In this document: in pieces, positions 28,699 to 39,029 of the stretch
Layout: each line of letters starts with the position of its first letter
How positions within the stretch are numbered: position 1 is the stretch's first letter
DNA from: an uncultured Candidatus Saccharibacteria bacterium
Lineage (GTDB): Bacteria > Patescibacteriota > Minisyncoccia > Phycocordibacterales > JACOZG01
DNA: 64,000 nt
Reading direction: 5' to 3'
Assembly (NCBI GenBank): GCA_964399075.1
Contig: CAYNPK010000001.1
Span: 160,961-224,960 of the forward strand
Made by a program: the position numbers and the translations under genes
Notes under the pieces: generated by a model
What the model saw: the letters and a program-made list of their open reading frames with translations, nothing else
The model's database searches: none
What the model was told of the DNA's origin: nothing

Positions 28699-29250
28699 TT
28701 ATTTAACAAATAGCAAACCATAATGATTGGCGCCGGCCGGGAAGTCCCCGGCCGGCTTGAGGCCGGCTTGGGCACAAATCTTGCTTGCCTCCTCTGGCGA
28801 GACCACGCGATCGGCCGAGGGACCAAGCCCGCCGAAAGAGCTAGACCACTCCACAATCGCCAAGTGACCGCCAGCCTTAAGCACTCGTTTGGCTTCTAGA
28901 ATTAAACTATAACGCTGATCTGACTGGAAGAGCGTATTGGCCAACAACACCAGATCAACAATACCGTCAGCTAGTTTAGAACCGCCACGCTTCTCGATAT
29001 CACCCCAGACGACTTCGATATTCCTTACCCCCAGATGTTTAACTTCTTTCTCCAGTCGCTGGAGCAACTCCTTCTGAACATCAACTGCATAAACCTTATT
29101 GAGACCGGGCGCGTTGGAAGTCGGATTAATTTCTGCCAAACGTCGAGCCATTGCCAAAGAATAATGACCACTGCCGGCGCCGAAATCGGCCACGCACATC
29201 CCCTCTCTAAGATTAAGATATGGAATGATCGCTTGCGGATCAGAAAACAT
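28699..29250 (-). CDS. class I SAM-dependent methyltransferase
   Basis: Motif I VADFGAGSGHYSL, post-I DVQ, motif II GGHLAIVEW. Confidence 0.75.
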   Translation of the reverse strand: MFSDPQAIIPYLNLREGMCVADFGAGSGHYSLAMARRLAEINPTSNAPGLNKVYAVDVQKELLQRLEKEVKHLGVRNIEVVWGDIEKRGGSKLADGIVDLVLLANTLFQSDQRYSLILEAKRVLKAGGHLAIVEWSSSFGGLGPSADRVVSPEEASKICAQAGLKPAGDFPAGANHYGLLFVK

Positions 29251-29306
29251 AATGAGTTTATTATATTACTCTTGCTAGATTTCCACAAACAGCGTTTGGG
29301 TACAAC

Positions 29307-31796
29307 TTAAAGAAAAGTCAGACTAGCCAAACTATCACCTGGGCGCAACTTCATAATTCTCACCCCTTGAGTTTGGCGCGCGTGGCTAGGAATCTCATCT
29401 AGCTTAGTCCTAATCACTTGGCCATTCTTAGAAATAGCAATCACTTCAGTCTCGTCGGCATAAATTACTTTGCCGTCAATCAAGCGACCGGTCTTGGAGG
29501 TTAATTTAGCAGTTTTGATCCCGGAACCACCTCGGTTTTGAGTTTTGTATTCTTTCAGTTTAGTGGTTTTGCCATAGCCGTTCTCGGTCATGATTAAATA
29601 AACACCAGATTTATCAACCGGTTTAATAACACTAGCGCCCATGATCTCGTCGCCCTTGCCAAGCTTCATCGCTCGCACTCCACCAGCAGTGCGACCCATC
29701 TCGCGAATATCGCTTTCTTTGAAGCGGATCGCTTGGCCAGCGCGCGTGGCAATAATCACCTCGTCGCTACGCTCTACCACGTGAGTGGAGAGGAGAGAAT
29801 CATTGTCTGATAATTTAATTGCAATGATGCCATTCCGTCGCACATCAGCGAAATTCTTGATTGCCACTTTTTTGGCCACGCCTTGTCTGGTAATCATCAT
29901 CACCGAAGCCACCTTGCCTTTAGTTTCTTTGGGTACAGCTAGAATCGAAGTAACGGTTTCCCCTTCCGCCAAGGGTAAGAAATTCATAATCGATTTACCG
30001 CGAGTCGCCCTCTTACCCTCCGGCAAATCATACATTTTCAGTTGATAAGACTTACCCTTGTTAGAGAAAAAGAGCAGGTCACTGTGAGTACTAGCGGTCA
30101 GAAAAATAGTAACGAAGTCTTCTTCTTTAATATCCAAATCAATCACCCCCACACCGCCCCGGCGTTGAGCACGATACTCAATTGGATCAGTGCGCTTGAT
30201 ATAACCACCGGCTGTCATCACCAAGACGTTCTCTTTGTCCGGCACTAAATCTTCCACATTGATAGCCTTAACACCTTGTTTGATAATATTAGTGCGACGG
30301 GGAACAGCGTATTTAGTCTTAATTTCTTCAAACTCTTGCTTAATGACCGACAAAACTTTTTTATCATCAGCTAAAAGTGTTTTTAATTCCTTGATTAAAT
30401 CTTGCTTTTCTTTCAACTCGTCTAGCACCTTTTTAATTTCCAAGCCGGCTAACTTTTGCAAACGCATTTCTAAGATTGCCGTGGCCTGTTTGTCGCTAAA
30501 CTTAAACTTCGCAATTAAATTTTTGTGAGCAGTCTCTGTATCAGCCGACTGACGAATGGTCTTGATAATCTGATCAATAATGTCAATCGCCTTCTTCAGA
30601 CCCAGTAAAATGTGCTCGCGTTCTTCAGCGCGCGCTAAATCAAATTTCGCCCGTCGGACAACAATTTGTCGGCGATGCTTCAAGAACTCTTCCAGAATCC
30701 CTCTTAGAGAAAGCAACTTCGGCACACCGTCAACCAGCGCCAGCATGTTGTAATGGAAAACAGTTTCTAATTCTGTATTCTTATACAAAGCATTCAAAAT
30801 CTTTTGGGGGAAAGTGCCGTTCTTCAAATCAATAACAATTCGCATGTCTTCCAGACGAGTAGATTCGTCTCTAATGTCTCTGATTCCTTCAATTTTCTTA
30901 TTGCGCACTAGATCGGCAATTTTGACAATCAAATCAGCCTTATTGACTTGATAAGGAATAGAAGTAATCACAATCTGACAAGCGCCACTCTTAGGCTCAA
31001 CAATCTCGGCCTGGCCACGACAGATTACTCCACCACGACCAGTCGCCGCCGCTTGATGAATATCTTTGAGGTTAAAAATTAGACCACCAGTAGGAAAATC
31101 AGGGCCCTGAACTTCCGCTAGCAAATCTTCAGTGCTGATCTCGGGATTATCAACCAACCGAATGAGCGCCGAGACCACTTCACCCAAATTATGAGGTGGC
31201 ACCTTAGTCGCCATACCCACAGCAATACCCATAGTGCCATTGATCAATAAATTAGGAACAACCGCCGGCAAGACTGATGGTTCGCGCAAACGATCATCGT
31301 AATTGGGCACGAAATCGACAGTATCTTTCTCAATATCGCGCAATAATTCTGATGACAGGGGCGACATCTTAGCCTCCGTATAACGCATCGCTGCCGGCGG
31401 ATCGCCGTCGATGGAGCCGAAGTTCCCCTGCCCCAGAACCAGAGGATGAAGCATGCTGAAGTCTTGAGTCAAATGGACCATCGCTCCATAACAAGAAGCA
31501 TCGCCGTGAGGATGATAATTGCCCAAAACTTCACCCACCACTGTGGCCGACTTGCGGAATTTAGCTTGGGCCGTTAGGCCCATCTGTTGCATGGCGTACA
31601 AAATCCGCCTGTGGACCGGCTTAAGTCCGTCACGAACATCAGGCAGAGCGCGCTGAACAATCACCGACATGGCGTAGTCGATATAAGAATCCTTCATCTC
31701 TTTAGAAATATCAACAGAAATTATTCTGTCTGTATCTACTTCAAGATCCCCAGAATCAGCGGGGTTATTTAATTTTGATTTATGATCGTTTGCCAT
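29307..31796 (-). CDS. gyrA: DNA gyrase subunit A
   Basis: [27 protein letters not shown], active-site Tyr region, C-terminal beta-pinwheel repeats, 829 aa. Confidence 0.95.
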   Translation of the reverse strand: MANDHKSKLNNPADSGDLEVDTDRIISVDISKEMKDSYIDYAMSVIVQRALPDVRDGLKPVHRRILYAMQQMGLTAQAKFRKSATVVGEVLGNYHPHGDASCYGAMVHLTQDFSMLHPLVLGQGNFGSIDGDPPAAMRYTEAKMSPLSSELLRDIEKDTVDFVPNYDDRLREPSVLPAVVPNLLINGTMGIAVGMATKVPPHNLGEVVSALIRLVDNPEISTEDLLAEVQGPDFPTGGLIFNLKDIHQAAATGRGGVICRGQAEIVEPKSGACQIVITSIPYQVNKADLIVKIADLVRNKKIEGIRDIRDESTRLEDMRIVIDLKNGTFPQKILNALYKNTELETVFHYNMLALVDGVPKLLSLRGILEEFLKHRRQIVVRRAKFDLARAEEREHILLGLKKAIDIIDQIIKTIRQSADTETAHKNLIAKFKFSDKQATAILEMRLQKLAGLEIKKVLDELKEKQDLIKELKTLLADDKKVLSVIKQEFEEIKTKYAVPRRTNIIKQGVKAINVEDLVPDKENVLVMTAGGYIKRTDPIEYRAQRRGGVGVIDLDIKEEDFVTIFLTASTHSDLLFFSNKGKSYQLKMYDLPEGKRATRGKSIMNFLPLAEGETVTSILAVPKETKGKVASVMMITRQGVAKKVAIKNFADVRRNGIIAIKLSDNDSLLSTHVVERSDEVIIATRAGQAIRFKESDIREMGRTAGGVRAMKLGKGDEIMGASVIKPVDKSGVYLIMTENGYGKTTKLKEYKTQNRGGSGIKTAKLTSKTGRLIDGKVIYADETEVIAISKNGQVIRTKLDEIPSHARQTQGVRIMKLRPGDSLASLTFL

Positions 31797-32029
31797 CCTG
31801 TTTTAATGCGAAAAATTGTTTCGCTAAACACTCCACGCCCCACCCCTTGTTCCTGACCAGCAATAACGGGTTCGGCTGAATTTGAACTATTATGCCACAA
31901 GAAGCGCAAATTGATCAGCCAAAGCCCTGCAATAATCAAAACCACCGCGATTGAGAGTTGCAGAGCCAATCTCTGACGCTCTGCCTCCGACCTCTGTCTC
32001 GCTTTCTCAAAATAGGTTAATACGGACAT
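31769..32029 (-). CDS. hypothetical small membrane protein
   Basis: 86-aa ORF with one TM, directly upstream of and overlapping the gyrA start. Confidence 0.3.
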   Translation of the reverse strand: MSVLTYFEKARQRSEAERQRLALQLSIAVVLIIAGLWLINLRFLWHNSSNSAEPVIAGQEQGVGRGVFSETIFRIKTGWQTIINQN

Positions 32030-32036
32030 AGAATTT

Positions 32037-32657
32037 CTAGGCTGATGTGATTATGACCACTTCTAATTGCTGACCAAGCAAGTCTTTTTTCTTGAGAGCA
32101 AGGCTTTCTACAGATTTAACCCCCTCCTTACCCATTTCTTTCAGAAAAATCTTAAGAGTGTCTTGAGTATAGTGGACAGGAATAACCATCTTAGGCTCGA
32201 GATCAGAAATTATTTTACTAGCTTGTTTGGCGTTAATTATCTCTTCGCCAGCAATGGGGATAAACAAAACGTCGATCACGCCTAATTCTTCAATCAAAGC
32301 CGGAGACAATTCAGCGCCAGTTCCAGCCAGAATTCCCAAATGAACCAATTTGATACCATCAAGCAATAGGGCATAAGCAACATTAATTTTATTTGCCGGA
32401 CCGGCGGTCAACAAGCCCTTAACGAAAGCGCCCCCAACCTCATACTCTCCGGGTCCATCAATTACAAAAGGAACTCTATCGCCACGAGCGACAAACTCCG
32501 TGCCTGAATAAGCCGAATCCTGGAAACTAACTAAAGCTAAATCGGCGCCAAATTTAACCGGCTGGTGAGTCTTAGTTTTACCAATAGGATTAAAGACAGC
32601 CACTTTGTCCCCTTGTTGGATCTTAATCATCGCCAGACTGTGATAAGTAATTATCAT
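32037..32657 (-). CDS. metallo-beta-lactamase-fold protein
   Basis: MBL-like pattern (LLLDGIKLVHLG, DVLFIPIAG), 206 aa. Confidence 0.5.
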   Translation of the reverse strand: MIITYHSLAMIKIQQGDKVAVFNPIGKTKTHQPVKFGADLALVSFQDSAYSGTEFVARGDRVPFVIDGPGEYEVGGAFVKGLLTAGPANKINVAYALLLDGIKLVHLGILAGTGAELSPALIEELGVIDVLFIPIAGEEIINAKQASKIISDLEPKMVIPVHYTQDTLKIFLKEMGKEGVKSVESLALKKKDLLGQQLEVVIITSA

Positions 32658-32732
32658 ATTGATTGCGTAAGTAACTCTAGTCTAGCAAATTATTAAGTAA
32701 AAATAAAGACGACCCAAGACAATCTTGCGTAC

Positions 32733-32760
32733 TTGCGTAATATAAATAAATCTATATACT
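32733..32760 (+). promoter_or_regulatory. sigma70-like promoter TTGCGT-N16-TATACT for the S1-domain gene
   Basis: Hexamers read directly; the track ORF start (TTG at 32733) coincides with the -35, so the real start is ATG ~32769. Confidence 0.45.
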
Positions 32761-32768
32761 TGACAATT

Positions 32769-33866
32769 ATGCAAACAGTAGAAGCCACCAAAGAAAAACT
32801 AGTCGGCCTAATGGACGAGATTTCCAAACAAGCGCCGGAACGACCACGAGAGAAGGCCTTGGTCAAGGGCACGGTAATCGCTAAGTCGAAAACCAGCGTT
32901 TATGTGGATATCCCCCCCTTTGGCACCGGGATTATTTTCGGCCGAGAATATCTAAACGCGCGCGATATTATTAAAGAAATAAGCGTTAACGATCAAATTA
33001 CCGCCAAAGTAATATTGCCCGAAGGCGAACAAGGCTATATTGAACTCTCTCTCAAAGAAGCCAAGCAAGCGATAGTTTGGGCCGAAGCCAAGAAAGCGAT
33101 CGAGAACAACAGCGTGTTTGAGCTCGTAGTGACTAACGCCAACAAGGGCGGACTAATGGTGGCTTGGCAAGGTATCGACGGCTTCATTCCAGCCTCTCAA
33201 CTCAAACCAGAGCATTATCCTAAAGTTGATGACGGTAATAAAGATAAAATTATGGAAGAGTTAAGACAGCTCGTTGGACAAACGATTACTGCCTACTTGA
33301 TTACCGCTGAACCCAAAGAAGGCAAATTGATCTTTTCCGAAAAAGTTCTAAGCAATAAAAGCCGAAAAGAAATAATTGGGAAGTACAGTTTAGGCGACGT
33401 TGTCGCCGGAGAAGTAACCGGTGTAGTTGATTTCGGAATTTTTGTAAAAATGGAAGAAGGCTTTGAGGGTCTAATTCATATTTCCGAAATGGATTGGTCA
33501 CTGATAGAAAATCCTCGTAACCACTTCCAAGTTGGCGACAAAATCAAAGCGAAAATTATTGAAATTAAAGATGATAAGATCTCTCTATCGATTAAGGCCT
33601 TGAAGAAAAACCCTTGGATAGACGCGGAAACAAAATATAAACTAGGCGATCTCGTCAGTGGCGTAGTAATTAAGCACAACAAACACGGCGCTCTAGTTTC
33701 TATCGAAGAAGGCGTCGCTGGCTTGGTTCACGTTTCAGAATTTGAGAACGAAGATCAACTAAAAAGCCAATTGGAGCTAGGCAAAACTTACCCCTTCACT
33801 ATCAATCTATTTGAACCCAAATCCCAAAAGATGACTTTAAGTTTCGGCGAGAAGACTAAAAAATAA
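32769..33866 (+). CDS. S1 RNA-binding domain protein (ribosomal protein S1-like, 4 S1 repeats)
   Basis: Four S1 repeats (e.g. GTVIAKSKTSVYVDI, GDVVAGEVTGVVDFGIFVKM, GDLVSGVVIKHNKHGALVSI). Confidence 0.8.
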   Translation: MQTVEATKEKLVGLMDEISKQAPERPREKALVKGTVIAKSKTSVYVDIPPFGTGIIFGREYLNARDIIKEISVNDQITAKVILPEGEQGYIELSLKEAKQAIVWAEAKKAIENNSVFELVVTNANKGGLMVAWQGIDGFIPASQLKPEHYPKVDDGNKDKIMEELRQLVGQTITAYLITAEPKEGKLIFSEKVLSNKSRKEIIGKYSLGDVVAGEVTGVVDFGIFVKMEEGFEGLIHISEMDWSLIENPRNHFQVGDKIKAKIIEIKDDKISLSIKALKKNPWIDAETKYKLGDLVSGVVIKHNKHGALVSIEEGVAGLVHVSEFENEDQLKSQLELGKTYPFTINLFEPKSQKMTLSFGEKTKK

Positions 33867-33887
33867 GAAAATAACAAATAACTCGGA

Positions 33888-34478
33888 TTAATTATACTGC
33901 CCCATGGCGATCTCGCGACCCTCGGTGACGAGAACTTCTAACGCTTCAGCTGATTTCTTGATTATCTTCTTGATCTCTTTCTGTTCTGTCTCTTTAAATT
34001 TCCCGAGGATAAAATCCACCACCGCCTTCTCGCCAGTCGGTTTCTTTAATTTACCACTTGGCGTTGTTGGGCAAATGCCAATCTTAACTCTGGTAAACTG
34101 CTCTGTTTTGAGATTTTTAATAATAGACTCCACTCCCCGATGACCACCCGGTCCGCGATTGAAAGTGATTTTAAGCCGACCAAGTGGCAAATCAAGATCG
34201 TCATGAACCACAATTAAACTCTCTGCTTTCTTAACCGAAGTGATAAGTGGCTTAAGACTCTTGCCGGAATTATTCATGAAGCCCTCTGGTAAAATTAGTT
34301 CGACTACTGTTTGGTTGATTTTTTCCTTAGCAATCAGAGCGTTTAATTTTTTATCTAACACCCAATCCCTAACACCCAACCCTTGTCCCAACTTTTCTAA
34401 TATCATCCGTCCAATGTTGTGTCTCGTCCCCTCATAATCCGCTCCGGGGTTACCTAAACCGACAATAATATATTTCAT
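33888..34478 (-). CDS. pth: peptidyl-tRNA hydrolase
   Basis: MKYIIVGLGNPGADYEGTRHNIGRMIL N-terminus; the track ORF has a 38-aa upstream extension that is probably not translated. Confidence 0.85.
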   Translation of the reverse strand: MKYIIVGLGNPGADYEGTRHNIGRMILEKLGQGLGVRDWVLDKKLNALIAKEKINQTVVELILPEGFMNNSGKSLKPLITSVKKAESLIVVHDDLDLPLGRLKITFNRGPGGHRGVESIIKNLKTEQFTRVKIGICPTTPSGKLKKPTGEKAVVDFILGKFKETEQKEIKKIIKKSAEALEVLVTEGREIAMGQYN

Positions 34479-34539
34479 CTTCGAATTATAAATATTTCTG
34501 TTTCTTGCGTCAAAGGAAAAAAGGGGGTAAACTGTTCCC

Positions 34540-35094
34540 ATGTTGAAAAAAATTGGCGGTGGAATTTGGGAATTATTTAAATTTGTCGCCACAGTCCTCT
34601 TGATTGTCGTGCCTATCCGCCTCTATGTTGCTCAACCTTTCATCGTCTCGGGCGCTTCTATGGAACCAACTTTCCACACTAACGAATATTTAATCATTGA
34701 TGAGTTCTCCTATCATTGGCGACCACCAGAGCGAGGCGAAGTAGTAGTATTTAAGTACCCCGAAGATCCCTCAAAATATTTTATCAAACGAGTCATCGGC
34801 TTACCCAATGAAACTGTGGTTATCAAAAATAACGAGGTGTGGATCAAGCAAACAACAGAAGAAGAAAATAAGCTAGAAAAACTAGAAGAACCATATCTCC
34901 AGGGTCCACAATTTTGGGCTGATGCTAGGGCCAGCTTGAGTGATGGAGAATACTTCGTCATGGGCGACAATAGAATGGTAAGCCACGATTCTCGCGCCTG
35001 GGGCGCCTTGCCTGAGAGTTTAATCACCGGGCGCGCCTTCGTTCGACTATTTCCACCAGCTAGAGCAGAAATTTTACCCGGAGCAGTTAAGTAA
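34540..35094 (+). CDS. lepB: signal peptidase I
   Basis: Catalytic SGASMEPT box and GDNRMVSHDSRAWG box, N-terminal TM. Confidence 0.85.
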   Translation: MLKKIGGGIWELFKFVATVLLIVVPIRLYVAQPFIVSGASMEPTFHTNEYLIIDEFSYHWRPPERGEVVVFKYPEDPSKYFIKRVIGLPNETVVIKNNEVWIKQTTEEENKLEKLEEPYLQGPQFWADARASLSDGEYFVMGDNRMVSHDSRAWGALPESLITGRAFVRLFPPARAEILPGAVK

Positions 35095-35115
35095 AATAAA
35101 AAAGTAAGAAAAAAT

Positions 35116-36423
35116 ATGACTAACAAGAAACGAGAAGCCGGCGACGAATTACGAGTACCAAGGGGGATGCGTGATATTATTGGCGAAGATTATTATGCCC
35201 AACAAGGCTTCAGTGAAAAAGCGGCCGAAATTGCCATGTATTACGGCTTCACCCCCATTGAAACGCCGGTCTTGGAATTCGAAAGTCTTTTTACTTCCGG
35301 AGTCGGAGTTGGCACGGATATTGTTGATAAAGAAATGTATACGCTGAAAACTCGCGGTGGTGATCATCTCGCCCTCCGCAGTGAGGGCACGGCTCCAATT
35401 ATGCGCGCCTACTTTGAGAATGGCCTCCAATCCCAACCTCAACCAGTGATGTTGTATTACCACGGACCTTTCTTCCGTCACGATCGACCACAACGAGGAC
35501 GCTATCGCCAATTTTATCAATTTGGTTTGGAAATTATCGGTACCACCAAGAGCATCGCCGACGCCATGATTATCCGTTTGACTACTCTAATCGTGGCAGA
35601 AGCTGGTTTGCGTTCCACTAAAGTAATCGTCAACAGTCTTGGCGACAAAGAATGTCGTTCAATTTATCGTCGAGAGCTGGTTAATTATTATCGTAAACAC
35701 GCGCGCTATTTGTGTCCCGATTGTCGAGAGAGGTTAAAAACTAATCCCCTACGCCTCTTGGATTGTAAGAATATAAAATGCCAAGAACTTAAACTTGGCG
35801 CCCCAACTTCTATCTCTTATTTATGCAATAGTTGCAAAACTCACTTCAAAGAAACCCTGGAATATCTAGAAACAATGGGGATTGATTATGAAATCAGTCA
35901 CACTCTAGTGCGAGGTCTAGATTATTACACTCGAACGATTTTTGAAATTGTTGACCCGGCCGTCACCACAGACGGTGTTGTTGCTGAACCGTTATCAATC
36001 GGTGGCGGTGGACGTTATGATTATTTAGCCAAAGCGCTCGGAGCTAAAAAGGAGGTACCGGGCGTCGGTAGCGCCATTGGCATTGATCGAGTCATGCTCG
36101 CGCCAGGTTACATCAAACAAAATCCGAGAATTATTAAGAAACCGAAGATATTCTTCATTCAATTATCCTTCGAGGCGAAAATGAAAAGTCTCCAGGTGAT
36201 AGAAATTTTGCGGAAAGCTAAAGTTCCTCTCACTCAATCGCTGTCTAAAGACTCTCTGATGGTCCAATTAGCGATTGCGGAGAAACTTGAAGTGCCTTAC
36301 ACGATTATTTTGGGTCAAAAAGAAGCGATCGATAATACAGTCATTGTCCGAAATATGTCTAACCGCTCTCAAGAAATAGTTCCCATAGAAAAACTAAGCG
36401 AGTATTTGAAAAAATTAAAATAG
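35116..36423 (+). CDS. hisS: histidyl-tRNA synthetase
   Basis: PRGMRDIIGEDY N-terminal motif, class II motifs, GGGRYD, C-terminal anticodon-binding domain. Confidence 0.9.
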   Translation: MTNKKREAGDELRVPRGMRDIIGEDYYAQQGFSEKAAEIAMYYGFTPIETPVLEFESLFTSGVGVGTDIVDKEMYTLKTRGGDHLALRSEGTAPIMRAYFENGLQSQPQPVMLYYHGPFFRHDRPQRGRYRQFYQFGLEIIGTTKSIADAMIIRLTTLIVAEAGLRSTKVIVNSLGDKECRSIYRRELVNYYRKHARYLCPDCRERLKTNPLRLLDCKNIKCQELKLGAPTSISYLCNSCKTHFKETLEYLETMGIDYEISHTLVRGLDYYTRTIFEIVDPAVTTDGVVAEPLSIGGGGRYDYLAKALGAKKEVPGVGSAIGIDRVMLAPGYIKQNPRIIKKPKIFFIQLSFEAKMKSLQVIEILRKAKVPLTQSLSKDSLMVQLAIAEKLEVPYTIILGQKEAIDNTVIVRNMSNRSQEIVPIEKLSEYLKKLK

Positions 36424-36470
36424 CATGACTTGGATGACAACGAGTTAGCGTAAATTATTATTCGCCAACT

Positions 36471-37481
36471 ATGAACAAAGAAAAACCGCCAGTAGTAGCA
36501 TATTTAGCGATCTTGGGAAGATTTACTTTACTTCCAGGAATTCAACAGATCAAAATTGGGGAATTCGGTATTGATTGCTTAATACGATATTCCTTTGCAG
36601 AACATATCATAGATGAAAAGAAAAATATAAAAGTTCCTACTGAAGACTGTACGATCTTTTCAATTGAACATAAAAATTACAAAAGAGAGGATTTGAACAA
36701 GTCACAAAAAGTCGATGAAGTCCTTGAAAAATCACTCATAGCAATTAGCGAACTGTCACTTTGGTCAAAATCGAAAGAACAAGTCGGTAAAATTTCTAGT
36801 TATATAAGACAAGTAGGTAGATCAGACGTTAAATATTTTTTTGTTGAGATATCAGATGACTCATTAATTGAGTGGAAAAATGGATCCTATTGGCAAAGTC
36901 TTAAGGGGTTCCAAATTTTAAGCGGTTTTCTAAGTAACATGGTTGTAACAAATGGACCATCGCAAAATCCAACACCATCAGCCACGAGAAGAATCCTTAG
37001 CTGTTTAGACTTAATTAATCTTGGTTTTTATTCAGATGCCTTCATTACTGCTTTTGCATTATTAGATGATTTAACACAAGAAGTCTTGAAGGCAGGTTTT
37101 GAAAAAAAGAAATTATCGTTAAAAGAACAAAAAAATATTCTTAGGGGTATTACAGAAGATAGGTTAGCAAACTTCTTAACCAGTATATTAAAATTATGCG
37201 ATTGGGTGAGTCTTGAAAAAGAAAACGAAAAACTATTTAAAAAGCTGAAAAAGATTAATACAAAAAGAAATGACATAATGCATGGCTCAGTAAGATTAAC
37301 TAGAAATACTGCAATTGAATACATTGATATAATATTAGAAATCCTCTCTTTTTTAAGGCAAAATCCATTTGATTACACAATTGAAGAATTCCCAACTTTG
37401 AAACTCATTGAACCAGAGTATCTGAAACTATCAAATCTCGAAAAAGGCGAATCACCCGCAAACATGACCGATTATACTTAG
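36471..37481 (+). CDS. hypothetical protein with C-terminal HEPN-like Rx4HG motif
   Basis: AT-rich (~30% GC) orphan gene; KRNDIMHGS near the C-terminus fits the HEPN Rx4-6H signature; rest unassigned. Confidence 0.35.
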   Translation: MNKEKPPVVAYLAILGRFTLLPGIQQIKIGEFGIDCLIRYSFAEHIIDEKKNIKVPTEDCTIFSIEHKNYKREDLNKSQKVDEVLEKSLIAISELSLWSKSKEQVGKISSYIRQVGRSDVKYFFVEISDDSLIEWKNGSYWQSLKGFQILSGFLSNMVVTNGPSQNPTPSATRRILSCLDLINLGFYSDAFITAFALLDDLTQEVLKAGFEKKKLSLKEQKNILRGITEDRLANFLTSILKLCDWVSLEKENEKLFKKLKKINTKRNDIMHGSVRLTRNTAIEYIDIILEILSFLRQNPFDYTIEEFPTLKLIEPEYLKLSNLEKGESPANMTDYT

Positions 37482-37738
37482 ACGTTATGTGAAATTATTT
37501 TTTATTTTATGGGAATACAGTTTAGTAAAGAAAATCAATATGGCGCGTTAGTTGGACTTATAGTATTCATTATTTTCCTACTAATTTTACTTTTTTAACC
37601 ATTTTTATCGTCATTATTTGAATTAAAAAATTATGTTGCTTAACAGCCGATACGCAACATTTATTAAATGATCGCATGATCGGCAAATGTTATACATAAT
37701 CACGAACTTCAACCTTAAATATAAGAAATACTTAGGGC

Positions 37739-37766
37739 TTGACAAAAATTTACTAGGTGATATAAT
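37739..37766 (+). promoter_or_regulatory. consensus sigma70 promoter TTGACA-N16-TATAAT for the cold-shock gene
   Basis: Perfect hexamers, ~65-nt 5'UTR then AAAGGAGAAAAAG-ATG. Confidence 0.6.
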
Positions 37767-37834
37767 GGTAAAAGGTTCGTTCATTGTGGAATGGACGAAA
37801 AAAAGTGGGCCACTTCTCGCGAAAGGAGAAAAAG

Positions 37835-38233
37835 ATGGCCAAGAAGATGGGAATTGAGACCGGAACCGTGAAATCATTCTCTCCGCAGACCGGCTACGGC
37901 TTCTTCACTTCAGACGGCGATGGCGATGATGTCTACTTCCGCATCGGAATGATGCGCGAGGTCATGCAAGGGCACCGGGATAACCCCTACTTCGCGGGCA
38001 GAGACCGCGGAGGGGAAGTGTTGATTGGGATGCCGGTGCTCTTCCTCCGGGAGACGGAAGCTGGAGGGCGGACCTGGGCCAGGCTCTGGGGCGTTCGCCC
38101 CTTCTGGCATCAGGAACGGCGCCAGATCATCCCGATCGCTGACGCGGTCAAGATGATCGAGATGAGGGGGCGCTTGCCGGTGCAGAAGAAGGCGAAGGGA
38201 GAGGGAAGGAAGAGAAAGAAGGCCAGCGCCTGA
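37835..38233 (+). CDS. cold-shock-domain protein with ~70-aa Arg/Gly-rich C-terminal extension
   Basis: GTVKSFSPQTGYGFFTSDGDGDDVYFRIG resembles the CspA RNP1 region; ~60% GC versus ~38% flanks; start taken at MAKKMG after a strong RBS. Confidence 0.6.
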   Translation: MAKKMGIETGTVKSFSPQTGYGFFTSDGDGDDVYFRIGMMREVMQGHRDNPYFAGRDRGGEVLIGMPVLFLRETEAGGRTWARLWGVRPFWHQERRQIIPIADAVKMIEMRGRLPVQKKAKGEGRKRKKASA

Positions 38234-38276
38234 CACCCCCCTCGTCCCTCGCCCCTCCCCTGATCCGGCACAACCC

Positions 38277-38322
38277 CACCCAGCTAAGACTTGATAATCT
38301 TAGTTGGGTGGTTTTTTATTTG
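38277..38322 (+). terminator. rho-independent terminator
   Basis: 12-bp stem CACCCAGCTAAG/CTTAGTTGGGTG followed by GTTTTTTATTTG. Confidence 0.65.
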
Positions 38323-38356
38323 CCTAAAACGAGAGACTATGTTAACCTAACTTATT

Positions 38357-38614
38357 ATGATTATGGTGGAAGTTAAACGAGACGAGACAGAATCCAGTAG
38401 TGGCGCCCTGCGTCGATTTTCTAAGCGAGTCCAAATCGCCGGCTTCTTGCGACGAGTCAAAGGCTTGCGCTTCCGCCAACGCTCACTCTCTGATTACAAA
38501 AAACAGCGATCAGCCCTGGTCCGCCTAGAACGCCAAGCAAAATACGAACGACTAAAAAAATTAGGGAAATTACCAACTCCCACCTTCAGCAGACGTGCTC
38601 CCAAGAGAAGTTAG
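38357..38614 (+). CDS. rpsU: 30S ribosomal protein S21
   Basis: VEVKRDE...ALRRFSKRVQIAGFLRRVKGLRFRQR matches the S21 pattern; basic C-terminus. Confidence 0.7.
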   Translation: MIMVEVKRDETESSSGALRRFSKRVQIAGFLRRVKGLRFRQRSLSDYKKQRSALVRLERQAKYERLKKLGKLPTPTFSRRAPKRS

Positions 38615-39029
38615 TAACAAAATTTCTAAAAAAGTTCTAGGCTCAAAGTATGATTTGAGTCTGGCTTATATTGACGACGAAACTTCTTGTACTCTCAATC
38701 AACGGTACCGGAACAAAAATTCGCCAACTAATATTTTGAGTTTCCCTCTAAGCGACCACGAGGGAGAAATCGTGATCAACCTCTCACAAATTAAACGCGA
38801 AGCCCTAATTTTGAAAAAATCAGAGGTAGAACATACCCTATATATCTTTATCCACGGATTACTGCATTTGAAAGGTTTCGCACATGGTAGTAGAATGGAG
38901 GCTGAAGAACACAAATTACTAAAACATTTTTTACCCCATGTCACGAACCATCATCGCCGGATTGGATATCGGAACCACCAACATTCATCTGGTGGTATGC
39001 GACATCGGGAAAGAAAGTCGAGCGCCTAG
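38595..39029 (+). CDS. ybeY: rRNA maturation endoribonuclease YbeY
   Basis: HGLLHLKGFAHGSRMEAEE metal-binding motif and NILSFPL motif; C-terminal ~30 aa run into ftsA. Confidence 0.8.
   Translation: MLPREVSNKISKKVLGSKYDLSLAYIDDETSCTLNQRYRNKNSPTNILSFPLSDHEGEIVINLSQIKREALILKKSEVEHTLYIFIHGLLHLKGFAHGSRMEAEEHKLLKHFLPHVTNHHRRIGYRNHQHSSGGMRHRERKSSA

Noticed and set aside
37623-37877. 84-aa minus-strand ORF
   Set aside because: Antisense to the cold-shock gene promoter, 5'UTR and start; no signals.
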